From positions 298,034,001 to 298,098,000 of the forward strand of contig OZ024741.1 in assembly GCA_964016885.1 (NCBI GenBank): a DNA stretch of 64,000 bases. The letters are read 5' to 3'. The stretch comes from Eledone cirrhosa. Lineage: Eukaryota. Both the position numbers and the translations under genes were made by a program. Of this stretch, positions 11,310 to 24,460 are shown piece after piece (position 1 is the stretch's first letter; each line of letters opens with the position of its first letter). Under the pieces are notes generated by a model that was given only the letters and a program-made list of their open reading frames with translations, did no database searches and had not been told where the DNA came from.

Positions 11310-14300
11310 AGCGTTAAATTTTCCCTGCTGTATTAGCGATAAATTTTCGAGGGTTTCTCTTAGTAGCTTTTTCATGTCGTTAATATTATGATGTTCCCTG
11401 CTGTATTAGCGTTAAATTTTCCCTGCTGTATTAGCGATAAATTTTCGAGGGTTTCTCTTAGTAGCTTTTTCATGTCGTTAATATTATGATGTTCCCTGCT
11501 GTATTAGCGTTAAATTTTCCCTGCTGTATTAGCGATAAATTTTCGAGGGTTTCTCTTAGTAGCTTTTTCATGTCGTTAATATTATGATGTTCCCTGCTGT
11601 ATTAGCGTTAAATTTTCCCTGCTGTATTAGCGATAAATTTTCGAGGGTTTCTCTTAGTAGCTTTTTCATGTCGTTAATATTATGATGTTCCCTGCTGTAT
11701 TAGCGTTAAATTTTCCCTGCTGTATTAGCGATAAATTTTCGAGGGTTTCTCTTAGTAGCTTTTTTCATGACGTTATTATTGTTAATTTTACTGATGTAGT
11801 ATTAACTTGGATATTTACCATGCGGTATTCTAATCCTATTGTATCTCTCTCAGTTATTTACCATGCGACCCTCAGTTCCTACCCCCCCCCCCCCCTCTAT
11901 GCACTTCTTTAAGGCTTACTACCCTGTCTTTAACCTAATTCATTCAATCTGAAAATATTGAAGAGATAAGACACTTTGCCATTCTTCTCTGCTAAAATGT
12001 ACCACTGAGCTGATTCAAATTTTCCCAGCCAGCCATCCACCTAATCTACGAAGGTATTTTAGCCTACATATTGTCGTTAATATTATGATGTTCCCTGCTG
12101 TATTAGCGTTAAATTTTCCCTGCTGTATTAGCGATAAATTTTCGAGGGTTTCTCTTAGTAGCTTTTTCATGTCGTTAATATTATGATGTTCCCTGCTGTA
12201 TTAGCGTTAAATTTTCCCTGCTGTATTAGCGATAAATTTTCGAGGGTTTCTCTTAGTAGCTTTTTCATGTCGTTAATATTATGATGTTCCCTGCTGTATT
12301 AGCGTTAAATTTTCCCTGCTGTATTAGCGATAAATTTTCGAGGGTTTCTCTTAGTAGCTTTTTCATGTCGTTAATATTATGATGTTCCCTGCTGTATTAG
12401 CGTTAAATTTTCCCTGCTGTATTAGCGATAAATTTTCGAGGGTTTCTCTTAGTAGCTTTTTCATGTCGTTAATATTATGATGTTCCCTGCTGTATTAGCG
12501 TTAAATTTTCCCTGCTGTATTAGCGATAAATTTTCGAGGGTTTCTCTTAGTAGCTTTTTTCATGACGTTATTATTGTTAATTTTACTGATGTAGTATTAA
12601 CTTATTAACTTGGATATTTACCATGCGGTATTCTAATCCTATTGTATCTCTCTCAGTTATTTACCATGCGACCCTCAGTTCCTACCCCCCCCCCCCTCTA
12701 TGCACTTCTTTAAGGCTTACTACCCTGTCTTTAACCTAATTCATTCAATCTGAAAATATTGAAGAGATAAGACACTTTGCCATTCTTCTCTGCTAAAATG
12801 TACCACTGAGCTGATTCAAATTTTCCCAGCCAGCCATCCACCTAATCTACGAAGGTATTTTAGCCTACATATTGTCGTTAATATTATGATGTTCCCTGCT
12901 GTATTAGCGTTAAATTTTCCCTGCTGTATTAGCGATAAATTTTCGAGGGTTTCTCTTAGTAGCTTTTTCATGTCGTTAATATTATGATGTTCCCTGCTGT
13001 ATTAGCGTTAAATTTTCCCTGCTGTATTAGCGATAAATTTTCGAGGGTTTCTCTTAGTAGCTTTTTCATGTCGTTAATATTATGATGTTCCCTGCTGTAT
13101 TAGCGTTAAATTTTCCCTGCTGTATTAGCGATAAATTTTCGAGGGTTTCTCTTAGTAGCTTTTTCATGTCGTTAATATTATGATGTTCCCTGCTGTATTA
13201 GCGTTAAATTTTCCCTGCTGTATTAGCGATAAATTTTCGAGGGTTTCTCTTAGTAGCTTTTTTCATGACGTTATTATTGTTAATTTTACTGATGTAGTAT
13301 TAACTTATTAACTTGGATATTTACCATGCGGTATTCTAATCCTATTGTATCTCTCTCAGTTATTTACCATGCGACCCTCAGTTCCTACCCCCCCCCCCCC
13401 CCTCTATGCACTTCTTTAAGGCTTACTACCCTGTCTTTAACCTAATTCATTCAATCTGAAAATATTGAAGAGATAAGACACTTTGCCATTCTTCTCTGCT
13501 AAAATGTACCACTGAGCTGATTCAAATTTTCCCAGCCAGCCATCCACCTAATCTACGAAGGTATTTTAGCCTACATATTGTCGTTAATATTATGATGTTC
13601 CCTGCTGTATTAGCGTTAAATTTTCCCTGCTGTATTAGCGATAAATTTTCGAGGGTTTCTCTTAGTAGCTTTTTCATGTCGTTAATATTATGATGTTCCC
13701 TGCTGTATTAGCGTTAAATTTTCCCTGCTGTATTAGCGATAAATTTTCGAGGGTTTCTCTTAGTAGCTTTTTCATGTCGTTAATATTATGATGTTCCCTG
13801 CTGTATTAGCGTTAAATTTTCCCTGCTGTATTAGCGATAAATTTTCGAGGGTTTCTCTTAGTAGCTTTTTCATGTCGTTAATATTATGATGTTCCCTGCT
13901 GTATTAGCGTTAAATTTTCCCTGCTGTATTAGCGATAAATTTTCGAGGGTTTCTCTTAGTAGCTTTTTTCATGACGTTATTATTGTTAATTTTACTGATG
14001 TAGTATTAACTTGGATATTTACCATGCGGTATTCTAATCCTATTGTATCTCTCTCAGTTATTTACCATGCGACCCTCAGTTCCTACCCCCCCCCCCCTCT
14101 ATGCACTTCTTTAAGGCTTACTACCCTGTCTTTAACCTAATTCATTCAATCTGAAAATATTGAAGAGATAAGACACTTTGCCATTCTTCTCTGCTAAAAT
14201 GTACCACTGAGCTGATTCAAATTTTCCCAGCCAGCCATCCACCTAATCTACGAAGGTATTTTAGCCTACATATTGTCGTTAATATTATGATGTTCCCTGC

Positions 14301-17300
14301 TGTATTAGCGTTAAATTTTCCCTGCTGTATTAGCGATAAATTTTCGAGGGTTTCTCTTAGTAGCTTTTTCATGTCGTTAATATTATGATGTTCCCTGCTG
14401 TATTAGCGTTAAATTTTCCCTGCTGTATTAGCGATAAATTTTCGAGGGTTTCTCTTAGTAGCTTTTTCATGTCGTTAATATTATGATGTTCCCTGCTGTA
14501 TTAGCGTTAAATTTTCCCTGCTGTATTAGCGATAAATTTTCGAGGGTTTCTCTTAGTAGCTTTTTCATGTCGTTAATATTATGATGTTCCCTGCTGTATT
14601 AGCGTTAAATTTTCCCTGCTGTATTAGCGATAAATTTTCGAGGGTTTCTCTTAGTAGCTTTTTCATGTCGTTAATATTATGATGTTCCCTGCTGTATTAG
14701 CGTTAAATTTTCCCTGCTGTATTAGCGATAAATTTTCGAGGGTTTCTCTTAGTAGCTTTTTTCATGACGTTATTATTGTTAATTTTACTGATGTAGTATT
14801 AACTTATTAACTTGGATATTTACCATGCGGTATTCTAATCCTATTGTATCTCTCTCAGTTATTTACCATGCGACCCTCAGTTCCTACCCCCCCCCCCCCT
14901 CTATGCACTTCTTTAAGGCTTACTACCCTGTCTTTAACCTAATTCATTCAATCTGAAAATATTGAAGAGATAAGACACTTTGCCATTCTTCTCTGCTAAA
15001 ATGTACCACTGAGCTGATTCAAATTTTCCCAGCCAGCCATCCACCTAATCTACGAAGGTATTTTAGCCTACATATTGTCGTTAATATTATGATGTTCCCT
15101 GCTGTATTAGCGTTAAATTTTCCCTGCTGTATTAGCGATAAATTTTCGAGGGTTTCTCTTAGTAGCTTTTTCATGTCGTTAATATTATGATGTTCCCTGC
15201 TGTATTAGCGTTAAATTTTCCCTGCTGTATTAGCGATAAATTTTCGAGGGTTTCTCTTAGTAGCTTTTTCATGTCGTTAATATTATGATGTTCCCTGCTG
15301 TATTAGCGTTAAATTTTCCCTGCTGTATTAGCGATAAATTTTCGAGGGTTTCTCTTAGTAGCTTTTTCATGTCGTTAATATTATGATGTTCCCTGCTGTA
15401 TTAGCGTTAAATTTTCCCTGCTGTATTAGCGATAAATTTTCGAGGGTTTCTCTTAGTAGCTTTTTCATGTCGTTAATATTATGATGTTCCCTGCTGTATT
15501 AGCGTTAAATTTTCCCTGCTGTATTAGCGATAAATTTTCGAGGGTTTCTCTTAGTAGCTTTTTTCATGACGTTATTATTGTTAATTTTACTGATGTAGTA
15601 TTAACTTATTAACTTGGATATTTACCATGCGGTATTCTAATCCTATTGTATCTCTCTCAGTTATTTACCATGCGACCCTCAGTTCCTACCCCCCCCCCCC
15701 CCCTCTATGCACTTCTTTAAGGCTTACTACCCTGTCTTTAACCTAATTCATTCAATCTGAAAATATTGAAGAGATAAGACACTTTGCCATTCTTCTCTGC
15801 TAAAATGTACCACTGAGCTGATTCAAATTTTCCCAGCCAGCCATCCACCTAATCTACGAAGGTATTTTAGCCTACATATTGTCGTTAATATTATGATGTT
15901 CCCTGCTGTATTAGCGTTAAATTTTCCCTGCTGTATTAGCGATAAATTTTCGAGGGTTTCTCTTAGTAGCTTTTTCATGTCGTTAATATTATGATGTTCC
16001 CTGCTGTATTAGCGTTAAATTTTCCCTGCTGTATTAGCGATAAATTTTCGAGGGTTTCTCTTAGTAGCTTTTTCATGTCGTTAATATTATGATGTTCCCT
16101 GCTGTATTAGCGTTAAATTTTCCCTGCTGTATTAGCGATAAATTTTCGAGGGTTTCTCTTAGTAGCTTTTTCATGTCGTTAATATTATGATGTTCCCTGC
16201 TGTATTAGCGTTAAATTTTCCCTGCTGTATTAGCGATAAATTTTCGAGGGTTTCTCTTAGTAGCTTTTTTCATGACGTTATTATTGTTAATTTTACTGAT
16301 GTAGTATTAACTTATTAACTTGGATATTTACCATGCGGTATTCTAATCCTATTGTATCTCTCTCAGTTATTTACCATGCGACCCTCAGTTCCTACCCCCC
16401 CCCCCCCCCTCTATGCACTTCTTTAAGGCTTACTACCCTGTCTTTAACCTAATTCATTCAATCTGAAAATATTGAAGAGATAAGACACTTTGCCATTCTT
16501 CTCTGCTAAAATGTACCACTGAGCTGATTCAAATTTTCCCAGCCAGCCATCCACCTAATCTACGAAGGTATTTTAGCCTACATATTGTCGTTAATATTAT
16601 GATGTTCCCTGCTGTATTAGCGTTAAATTTTCCCTGCTGTATTAGCGATAAATTTTCGAGGGTTTCTCTTAGTAGCTTTTTCATGTCGTTAATATTATGA
16701 TGTTCCCTGCTGTATTAGCGTTAAATTTTCCCTGCTGTATTAGCGATAAATTTTCGAGGGTTTCTCTTAGTAGCTTTTTCATGTCGTTAATATTATGATG
16801 TTCCCTGCTGTATTAGCGTTAAATTTTCCCTGCTGTATTAGCGATAAATTTTCGAGGGTTTCTCTTAGTAGCTTTTTCATGTCGTTAATATTATGATGTT
16901 CCCTGCTGTATTAGCGTTAAATTTTCCCTGCTGTATTAGCGATAAATTTTCGAGGGTTTCTCTTAGTAGCTTTTTTCATGACGTTATTATTGTTAATTTT
17001 ACTGATGTAGTATTAACTTGGATATTTACCATGCGGTATTCTAATCCTATTGTATCTCCCTCAGTTATTTACCATGCGACCCTCAGTTCCTACCCCCCCC
17101 CCCCCTCTATGCACTTCTTTAAGGCTTACTACCCTGTCTTTAACCTAATTCATTCAATCTGAAAATATTGAAGAGATAAGACACTTTGCCATTCTTCTCT
17201 GCTAAAATGTACCACTGAGCTGATTCAAATTTTCCCAGCCAGCCATCCACCTAATCTACGAAGGTATTTTAGCCTACATATTGTCGTTAATATTATGATG

Positions 17301-17943
17301 TTCCCTGCTGTATTAGCGTTAAATTTTCCCTGCTGTATTAGCGATAAATTTTCGAGGGTTTCTCTTAGTAGCTTTTTCATGTCGTTAATATTATGATGTT
17401 CCCTGCTGTATTAGCGTTAAATTTTCCCTGCTGTATTAGCGATAAATTTTCGAGGGTTTCTCTTAGTAGCTTTTTCATGTCGTTAATATTATGATGTTCC
17501 CTGCTGTATTAGCGTTAAATTTTCCCTGCTGTATTAGCGATAAATTTTCGAGGGTTTCTCTTAGTAGCTTTTTCATGTCGTTAATATTATGATGTTCCCT
17601 GCTGTATTAGCGTTAAATTTTCCCTGCTGTATTAGCGATAAATTTTCGAGGGTTTCTCTTAGTAGCTTTTTCATGTCGTTAATATTATGATGTTCCCTGC
17701 TGTATTAGCGTTAAATTTTCCCTGCTGTATTAGCGATAAATTTTCGAGGGTTTCTCTTAGTAGCTTTTTCATGTCGTTAATATTATGATGTTCCCTGCTG
17801 TATTAGCGTTAAATTTTCCCTGCTGTATTAGCGATAAATTTTCGAGGGTTTCTCTTAGTAGCTTTTTTCATGACGTTATTATTGTTAATTTTACTGATGT
17901 AGTATTAACTTGGATATTTACCATGCGACCCTCAGTTCCTACC
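11306..17943 (+). repeat. Higher-order tandem array upstream of RTE family B (copy 1)
   Basis: 98-bp monomers, each with an internal 2x25-bp repeat, in 9 blocks (partial+4,5,4,4,5,5,4,4,6) separated by 8 spacers of about 302-314 bp. Confidence 0.95.
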
Positions 17944-18427
17944 TCACAATTTCCCTCCCCCCACCCCCACACACCACCATAGTCTATTCGACCAATCAAA
18001 CCTAGCATGCCATTTCCACTGCTGCTGCTGCTACTACCTGCCTAACTAACTCTCTCCTCCTCTGGCGCATCCCAACACACCCTGCCATTACCCCACCACC
18101 ACTGTCCTTCTAGCCCTCAATTTTACCACCGTTAGGGATGGATGAGCTGGGAATACACGAGCAACTCTGAATCAATAGATGAAATATGAATCTGCGAGCT
18201 ACCAAGCACCCACGTGAAGCGCCAACCCAGAGACCCTCCCCTACGAGTGTCGACAAATGCCCAAAACTCCGAGTTGGTACCATCAATGTAGGCTCAATGA
18301 AAGGAAGAGCAGGAGAAATCGTAGAAATGCTAGAGCGAAAGGAAGTTGATGTATGCTGTGTGCAAGAGACTAGATGGAGAGGAGGGTCTGCTAGAGTCCT
18401 TGTAGGAAAAAGCCAGTGCTACAAATT
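17944..18427 (+). pseudogene. 5' stub of RTE family B (UTR plus first 80 codons from 18186), cut at the duplication junction
   Basis: Identical to 43514-43997; diverges after ...SQCYK. Confidence 0.92.
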
Positions 18428-21400
18428 GGGCAACCTCTCTAATGATTTTTTGGCAAGCCAGCACATTCGCAGTGTTGCCTCGGGTGATGGCGAGGCTAAT
18501 GCACTGGAACAACCAAGCACCCTCGCGAGATTCGCCAGTTACCTCTATTAGGCGAGCCGCCAGTGAAGAGAGGAACCTCGCAGTTAGCGGCTCGACTTCC
18601 CCAAACGTCTCGAAAGTCACAGGCTGAAAAATGTAGCTGGCCGACAGATCACAGTATTTCAGGGTCTTACTCCTCTCAACTGCGGAAGCTGTGGCTCTCG
18701 TCCTAACTGCAGTATCCAGCATGTGGGAAGAAGCAAAAGAGTCACTAACAGTGACGTCCCAGACAAGGTACCTACCTCTCGACCAGGGACACAGGGTAAG
18801 ACTGTCAGGTGTTTTGCCGTCACTTCTGAACAACCCAGATGGTTCTAAGATTGAGGGGATGTTCACTCGGGCCAAAGCTCTCTTGAGAATGAGGTTTAGC
18901 TCCATGTGACGCGTGAAGCGGCCGGCATTCAGGCGGCAAGAAGGACTGTGGAGTTGAGGAGTTTTCCGCATCGGCACCTCAAATCCATGCAGACGTCAGC
19001 TCTCACACTGAGGGCGATGGAGACATAAAGTTCGTCCAGGCTGTGTAGGTCACCAACGTTAGCCACAGGTAGGGCATCAACCCAGTCGCCTGAGTATTTG
19101 GTGCTGGCAGATAGTAAGCGGCACCTTGCAAACTGATCCGACTGGGCGAAGAGGGAGTCGAAGGTGGCCTTCGAACTTATGCTGTCTCAAGTTCTCTGAC
19201 TTCGACTGTCCTCCACCTTCTCAGGAAGAGACAAGCCCAACTCACTCCATTGCTGGAGAGCTTCACCCAACTCCCTGTTGGAACTAGTCCATGTTGGGGA
19301 GGAGAGGATGCTGCTCACCAGGGTGGAGCAAGCATGAGTGGAGGAAAGGAATCAGGGAGAGAGAGGGACGAACACTTACGAAGACCAAGACCCCAAATCG
19401 CTTGGGCAACACAGCCTGATCGCGGGACCCCGGAGAGAGTCTAATATTGACCAGGTACTCGAGTCTCTCGAAGATTACGTTGTCGAAGCATTGGAGGCAG
19501 GACGGAAATCTGTGAGAGGGGCTGACCCTGAGCAGATACAGAAGCTTAGGAATGGACAGGTAGTTCCTGAGTATGAAGAAACCTTGATGGCGTTCGATAA
19601 CTTCAATATTCTTCAGCAGTTGCTCAAGGCCAACCATCTTCAATTAGGAGGTTGACTAGAAGGCAAGGTCTGTGATTGGGGCTCCTAAGGAGCACCAAGC
19701 CGACGGGGAAGGGAAGGACTCTGCAAACGGGTGGTTGGGGATCCAGAGCTCACATTTGGAGCTATTGACCTGGAGACCCCGTGGCCAAGCTCCTCAACCA
19801 TTTTGTTGGCAGTGGTGAGAACCATATCCAGAGTTCCCCCCAAACAAGCGTCGTCGAGGTACCAGACATTGAGGTCCATCTTGGTGACGTCATCAATGCC
19901 CAGTGCAAACAGAGTGGGTCCGAGTGGGTCACCCTGTTGGACTCCTGAGGCAGAGGTGATGATTTGGTCACCGAAAGAGAGGTAGGAGGGTTCCCGATAA
20001 GCCTGCCAAGCAAAGTGGTAGAGTTGTGGGACCCTCCATCTTACTGAGCCGAGAACGACGTCGCAGCTGACGGAGTTGAAAGCATTCCTGAGGTCAAGTT
20101 TGAGGATGACTTTGGGGGACGAGGGGGGCAAGTTGATAAAGGCTCTGGTAGCGTGGACAGCAGCCTCACATCCCAACTTGGTACCCACCCCCAGCTGGAT
20201 GGGAGAAAACTCCTCCGCCAGTGAGTTGGAGACCAACAGCAAACACGCCTTTGCATTGAGGCAGCGAAGAGTGCAGCCAACCGCGATGGGGCACAGGTCT
20301 CCGTTGGGCTTGGTGAGACCAAATAGCTTCGCACCAAAGAACAGTGGGCAGATGAACGGGAGAACGTTCACTGAAGAGAACTGATTCACAAACTGAGTCA
20401 GACTTTCCAAGAGCTTGAGTCCAGCGTCACCGGCCGATAAGGAGATACCATCCTTGAGGTGTTGAGGATAAAGGCCGTCAGCCTCGCACCTGACCCAGCG
20501 GGGAAGGATGAAATCGCCTTTCTGATGATATCGGTGGCGTAAACCGATCTCGAGTATTCTGGTGGTTCGGGCCAGTGTAGCTGATCATCTGGGGGTGCTA
20601 ATGGGTGCTTCTCTTTCAGTCGCTCAAGAGAATCAGAGTTGCATGGAGGACAGAGAAGAGAGGAGGCGGACCCTTTAATGTCAAATTCGCTGAATTTGGC
20701 ATTGACTGCTCGCTGGAGGTCTACCGGTTGTCTGTTGATGGACACCGGGCTCAATGTTGAACTAAGGTGAGACGTGGTTGGGGTGAACTCAAACAGCTGG
20801 AACTCCCGCTTGAGAAAGGACATGAGGGAACCCGAATTCGCATTGTGCATGTGAAGAGAGATGAGAGGAAACAAAAACAATTTCTGCCAGTCAGACCTAT
20901 TATTGGACGAGCAATAAAGTCAATAAATTTTTCAATAAATTAGAGATGGCACGTGCAAGGCTATTCCGAGCTCCCTTAGGGATCCGGTAATTGAGCTTTG
21001 ATTTGGAGAGACCCTGGAGGGCTGTGACAAAGTCCTTGGTAGAGAGTTGGTCATCGAAGCGTTGGGCATCCCAGGGAATATGTCGGAGCTGAAGTGTCAC
21101 CGATTACAGGTCCAGTATTGAAGCCTTTCGGCTTGAGCTTTGGTGATGCCGACACAGCTTCTGTGGTAGCTTGCGTGGCATAGGTGACATTTGATTATCT
21201 TTAAGTACCGGCTAGTGCGAGTACAGAGAGCGCAATCAGTTGGTGGGCTGGTAGCAGCCGGCAGTAGAGGGCCAGCGTTGGAATTTGGTGGAGGGAGAGA
21301 CTCAGTAAAAGAGGCAGCAGTGGTTCTAACGGTGGGACTAGAGCGGAGGTTGGGTGGTGGGCTAACATTTGTCGGAGTGGTGGGGTTGGCTGGGTTGAAT

Positions 21401-21960
21401 TCACTCGGAATCTGGTGAAGAGGAGGAGGGGTAGGTGGAATAGAAACAAGTTAGCTCCTCTCGTGCGTGCCGAAGTTGATGGAGAATGAGAGGTCGAAGG
21501 CTGACCGGTTGTAACATAGTCGTTCCACCAAGCAGGTCTCTTGGTCGTTCGACGCATGCCTCCGCCACTTAGAGTGGATTAGGTTAAAGTGGTGGCAACT
21601 TTATTAGCAACTTTATAGAAAGTGGAGAAGATTTATGAGTGCAGTCATGTGAGAGGCAGGTAAATACAGTGGAAGAGAAAGAGTAATGAACATGTAAAGA
21701 GAAGGAAAATAAAAACGTTAGAAGTACAAAATCTAAGGCTGTGAGTTTGTGTAATATTTTGCATGGGTAAATCTGCAGTAAAATCAGAAATTGTGAGTTA
21801 ATATAAAATTCCACATGGGCAAGACTGCAGTAAAATCAAAACCTGTTATTCCTCTCTGTAGATAGTAAAATTGTTGCAGGAATGCTAGTATTCACAATAA
21901 AATGTTGCCAGAGATAGATTAGAAAAATTTAATAAGCGGTAGCAGGGGGGGGGGGGTATT
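18428..21960 (-). mobile_element. CRE-clade non-LTR retrotransposon, frameshifted, 3' end missing
   Basis: RIPKGAR motif, RT (PIAVG, QLGVG, DLRNAFNS, GVQQGDPLGP, WYLDD), restriction-like endonuclease (RH...KTPD...WDVT...K..KY, ISLAITRGN). 5' boundary approximate. Confidence 0.85.
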
Positions 21961-22439
21961 ATTCGAGACTCTAGAGTACTCGTAAATAAATAGTAAATAG
22001 TAAAATGATGTGCCATAGTGAATTGATGGGATGTAAAGTATAGGATTCAGTAAAATAGTGTCCTGTTTCATCTCATCAACTAGACAGTGCCTCTTATTTT
22101 CTTAAGTAACTGTCCACCTGTTACTATTTCTTGTTAGAAAGACTAAATCATTGAGATTCCAGTATTAACTCTGGTTAAATAGCAGTAGTGGTAGCATGAT
22201 CTACTAGAAATAGCAGCCAAACCCCCCCCCCCCCCCCACTTACATCCTGCTCTCTTGAAAAAGGGAAGGATACACTGGATAATGCAATTTTAAACATACT
22301 TCTAAAATGATGAGAGGGTCATTGCTGGAATGTCTTTGGTCATATGTTCGCTCAATTCAAACTGGTTTGGGATTAAAGAAGTAGTTTCAAAGGTGAATGA
22401 AATAGGACATTGTCTATGATTTTCAAATAATTTGGAAAA

Positions 22440-22628
22440 TAATCAGGAATTTGGAGAGATTTAGTAGAATAACTTTCTCATTATTAAGTTGGTGTTTGAA
22501 ACATTAGGACAAAAGGTTCTTATATAAAATGATGATGAACGGGTTTTGATAAATATAAACACTTTAAAATAGTTTTGTATTGTAGAACCAGGTCCATTTC
22601 AGCCGGTTTTTGGTATCAAAAGGGTTAA
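22440..22628. mobile_element. Possible piggyBac-type MITE end
   Basis: Ends in ...ggtatcaaaaggg-TTAA (reverse complement TTAA-CCC). No partner end found; left boundary approximate. Confidence 0.3.
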
Positions 22629-22699
22629 TATCGTTTTTTTAATAACTTAGGGTTGTTTTTATAGTTTCAACGTTTTTACATAAAGTTTCAATGTGATTT

Positions 22700-23383
22700 C
22701 TATATGGTTACTCTATTGTTCTGAGAAACATCTTTTAAATAGAAAAGAATAAAATATTTTTTAAAGACTTACCAATGGAACACTGTCCATTGACATATCA
22801 ACTGTTTCCATTGTAGTGTTAGTTAATATAGAAGTTGGATAGATGGTAATGTAATGACCGCAGAGTGAGGAGATTTAATATTTCTGAGATATTTAAAATG
22901 TGAAAAATGCGGAAAGCTTTGTTGTTAAGGGCAACAAATGTAAGGGGGGTAACTTTGTGACAATGAAATTTTAAAAATGCTGTACCAAATAATTGTTTCT
23001 ACTTTTGGCACAAGGCCAGCAATTACTCAGTACATTACTGGTACTTTATTTTATTGACCTCGTAAGGATGAAAGGCAAAGTTGACCTCGGCGTGATTTGA
23101 TCTCAGAATGGAAAGGGCCGTAACTCTATGCGTCAAAGCATGCGTCCGACGCTCTACCGATACTGCCAAGGGGAACATACTCCTGTGACTAGTCAATTCT
23201 GTCTTGATGGCAGTGCGTAGATAGGTGGTTTCTCTATGGTTACGAGAAATATCTTTTAAATAAGAAAGAATAAAGTATTTTCTCTAGACTATACTGTTCA
23301 TTGACATATCAACTGTTTCCATTGTAGTGTTAGTTAATATAGAAGTTGAATGGATGGTAATGTAATGACCGTGGAGTGAGGAG
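22700..23383. repeat. Pair of diverged direct repeats of about 160 bp (22700-22872 and 23230-23383)
   Basis: cattgacatatcaactgtttccattgtagtgttagttaatatagaagttg...gagtgaggag occurs twice. Confidence 0.75.
22991..23169 (-). mobile_element. Nin/Deu-like SINE copy
   Basis: Reverse complement of the 8930-9110 family. Confidence 0.8.
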
Positions 23384-24460
23384 TACACTATAACAGTTTC
23401 ACCGCTACAGGTTCGACGATAAACCTATCGGAAAGCGGCCGGTGCGTTAGCAGCTTGTCGGGAAACGAAACGTGCGTTTGTCACCGAATGCACCAGCTTG
23501 CCGCTGGATAAAGTTCCCGGATGAGGAGCTTACCACCACGGAATGGTAAAATTGTTATGCCAAATTATATAAAATATATATACCAACACAGATCTCCTAG
23601 ATGTTAGTTCACGCCGCATGCTTTACAACGTTTCTGCAGTAATGTCTCTACAGTCTGTACATAAAGAAGAGACGAGAGAGGACAGCCGGAACGGACCACG
23701 TACAGGATGCTGAAGGATTCCACTTGGTGGCCATTTACTCTGACCAACAAGCAGATGCTGTACATTACAGCGATCCATCTTCTGAAGCCGGCCTAAGGAC
23801 AGTTGCCAAGTATCGATGGTCGACTCTATCGAAAGCGTTCGGTTGATCTAAATTGATCAGGATTCCACCCATGCAAGGTTCCTTACTTACTCTTTCTATG
23901 ATACATCGCATGAGGTGGAGGTTCTTGTGGATGGATCTGTTCGAAATTGCACATGTCCTCGCCTCTCAAGAGCATTGACGACAAGCGTCTACCTCTTCGC
24001 TAACACCTTAACTAAAATCTTGAACTATGCTTTAAGCAGAGTTACGAGCCGAAAATTATTAAAATGATTCCCCTTGTTCAGGTTGTTTCTCAGTAGCTTC
24101 ACCGCTCTTTGACTCACAAAAAATGGGATTCTCCCATTTTTGGTAGACATCTACAAACAGTCGCCGAACAAGTCTGGCATATAAACAAAACGTTCACAGG
24201 ACAGGCTATCCAAAAACTTTCGTTATTTCATGTCTTTAAACATGCATCTTAGCTCTGACAACGTACCCTTCGGGCTTGGCGTTGAAGAATTGGTCGAGGC
24301 TAATCTCGAAACAAGCACAGCGAAACACTTATATGGTGCCATAAACCCACTAAAACGAAAGTATGTTCATAGGCACTTTAATCGTTCATTCATTTGTACA
24401 TATAACTCTAAAATGTTAAAGGCAGATCCATGCTGGCATTTCTTAAAGCGACACGGGTGG
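23384..24460 (-). pseudogene. Decayed L1/Tx1-clade reverse transcriptase fragment
   Basis: Hand translation gives NFRLVTLL..FKILVKVLAKR, LINLDQPNAFDRVDHRYL and VRSGCPLSSLLY, with stops and frameshifts. Ends approximate. Confidence 0.72.

Larger units (their letters stand above)
1..18427. repeat. Segmental tandem duplication, copy 1 (begins upstream of window)
   Basis: ORF track and sequence recur at offset 25572 (25568-25570 after poly-C length changes). Differences seen: T1174 vs C26746 and poly-C run lengths. Identity ends at ...tacaaatt 18427. Confidence 0.95.

Noticed and set aside
11306-17943. CRISPR-like array
   Set aside because: Spacers are near-identical to each other, repeats are 98 bp and directly tandem, there are no cas genes, and the context is eukaryotic.
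11682-17982. Repeated MMFPAVLALNF... ORFs in the array
   Set aside because: Open frames depend on homopolymer length and end differently in each block; no coding signature.
11306-18185. Ribozyme within the array or family B leader
   Set aside because: No CUGANGA...GAAA core on either strand (closest is ctgatgt) and no HDV-like fold recognised by eye; an Infernal scan would still be worthwhile.
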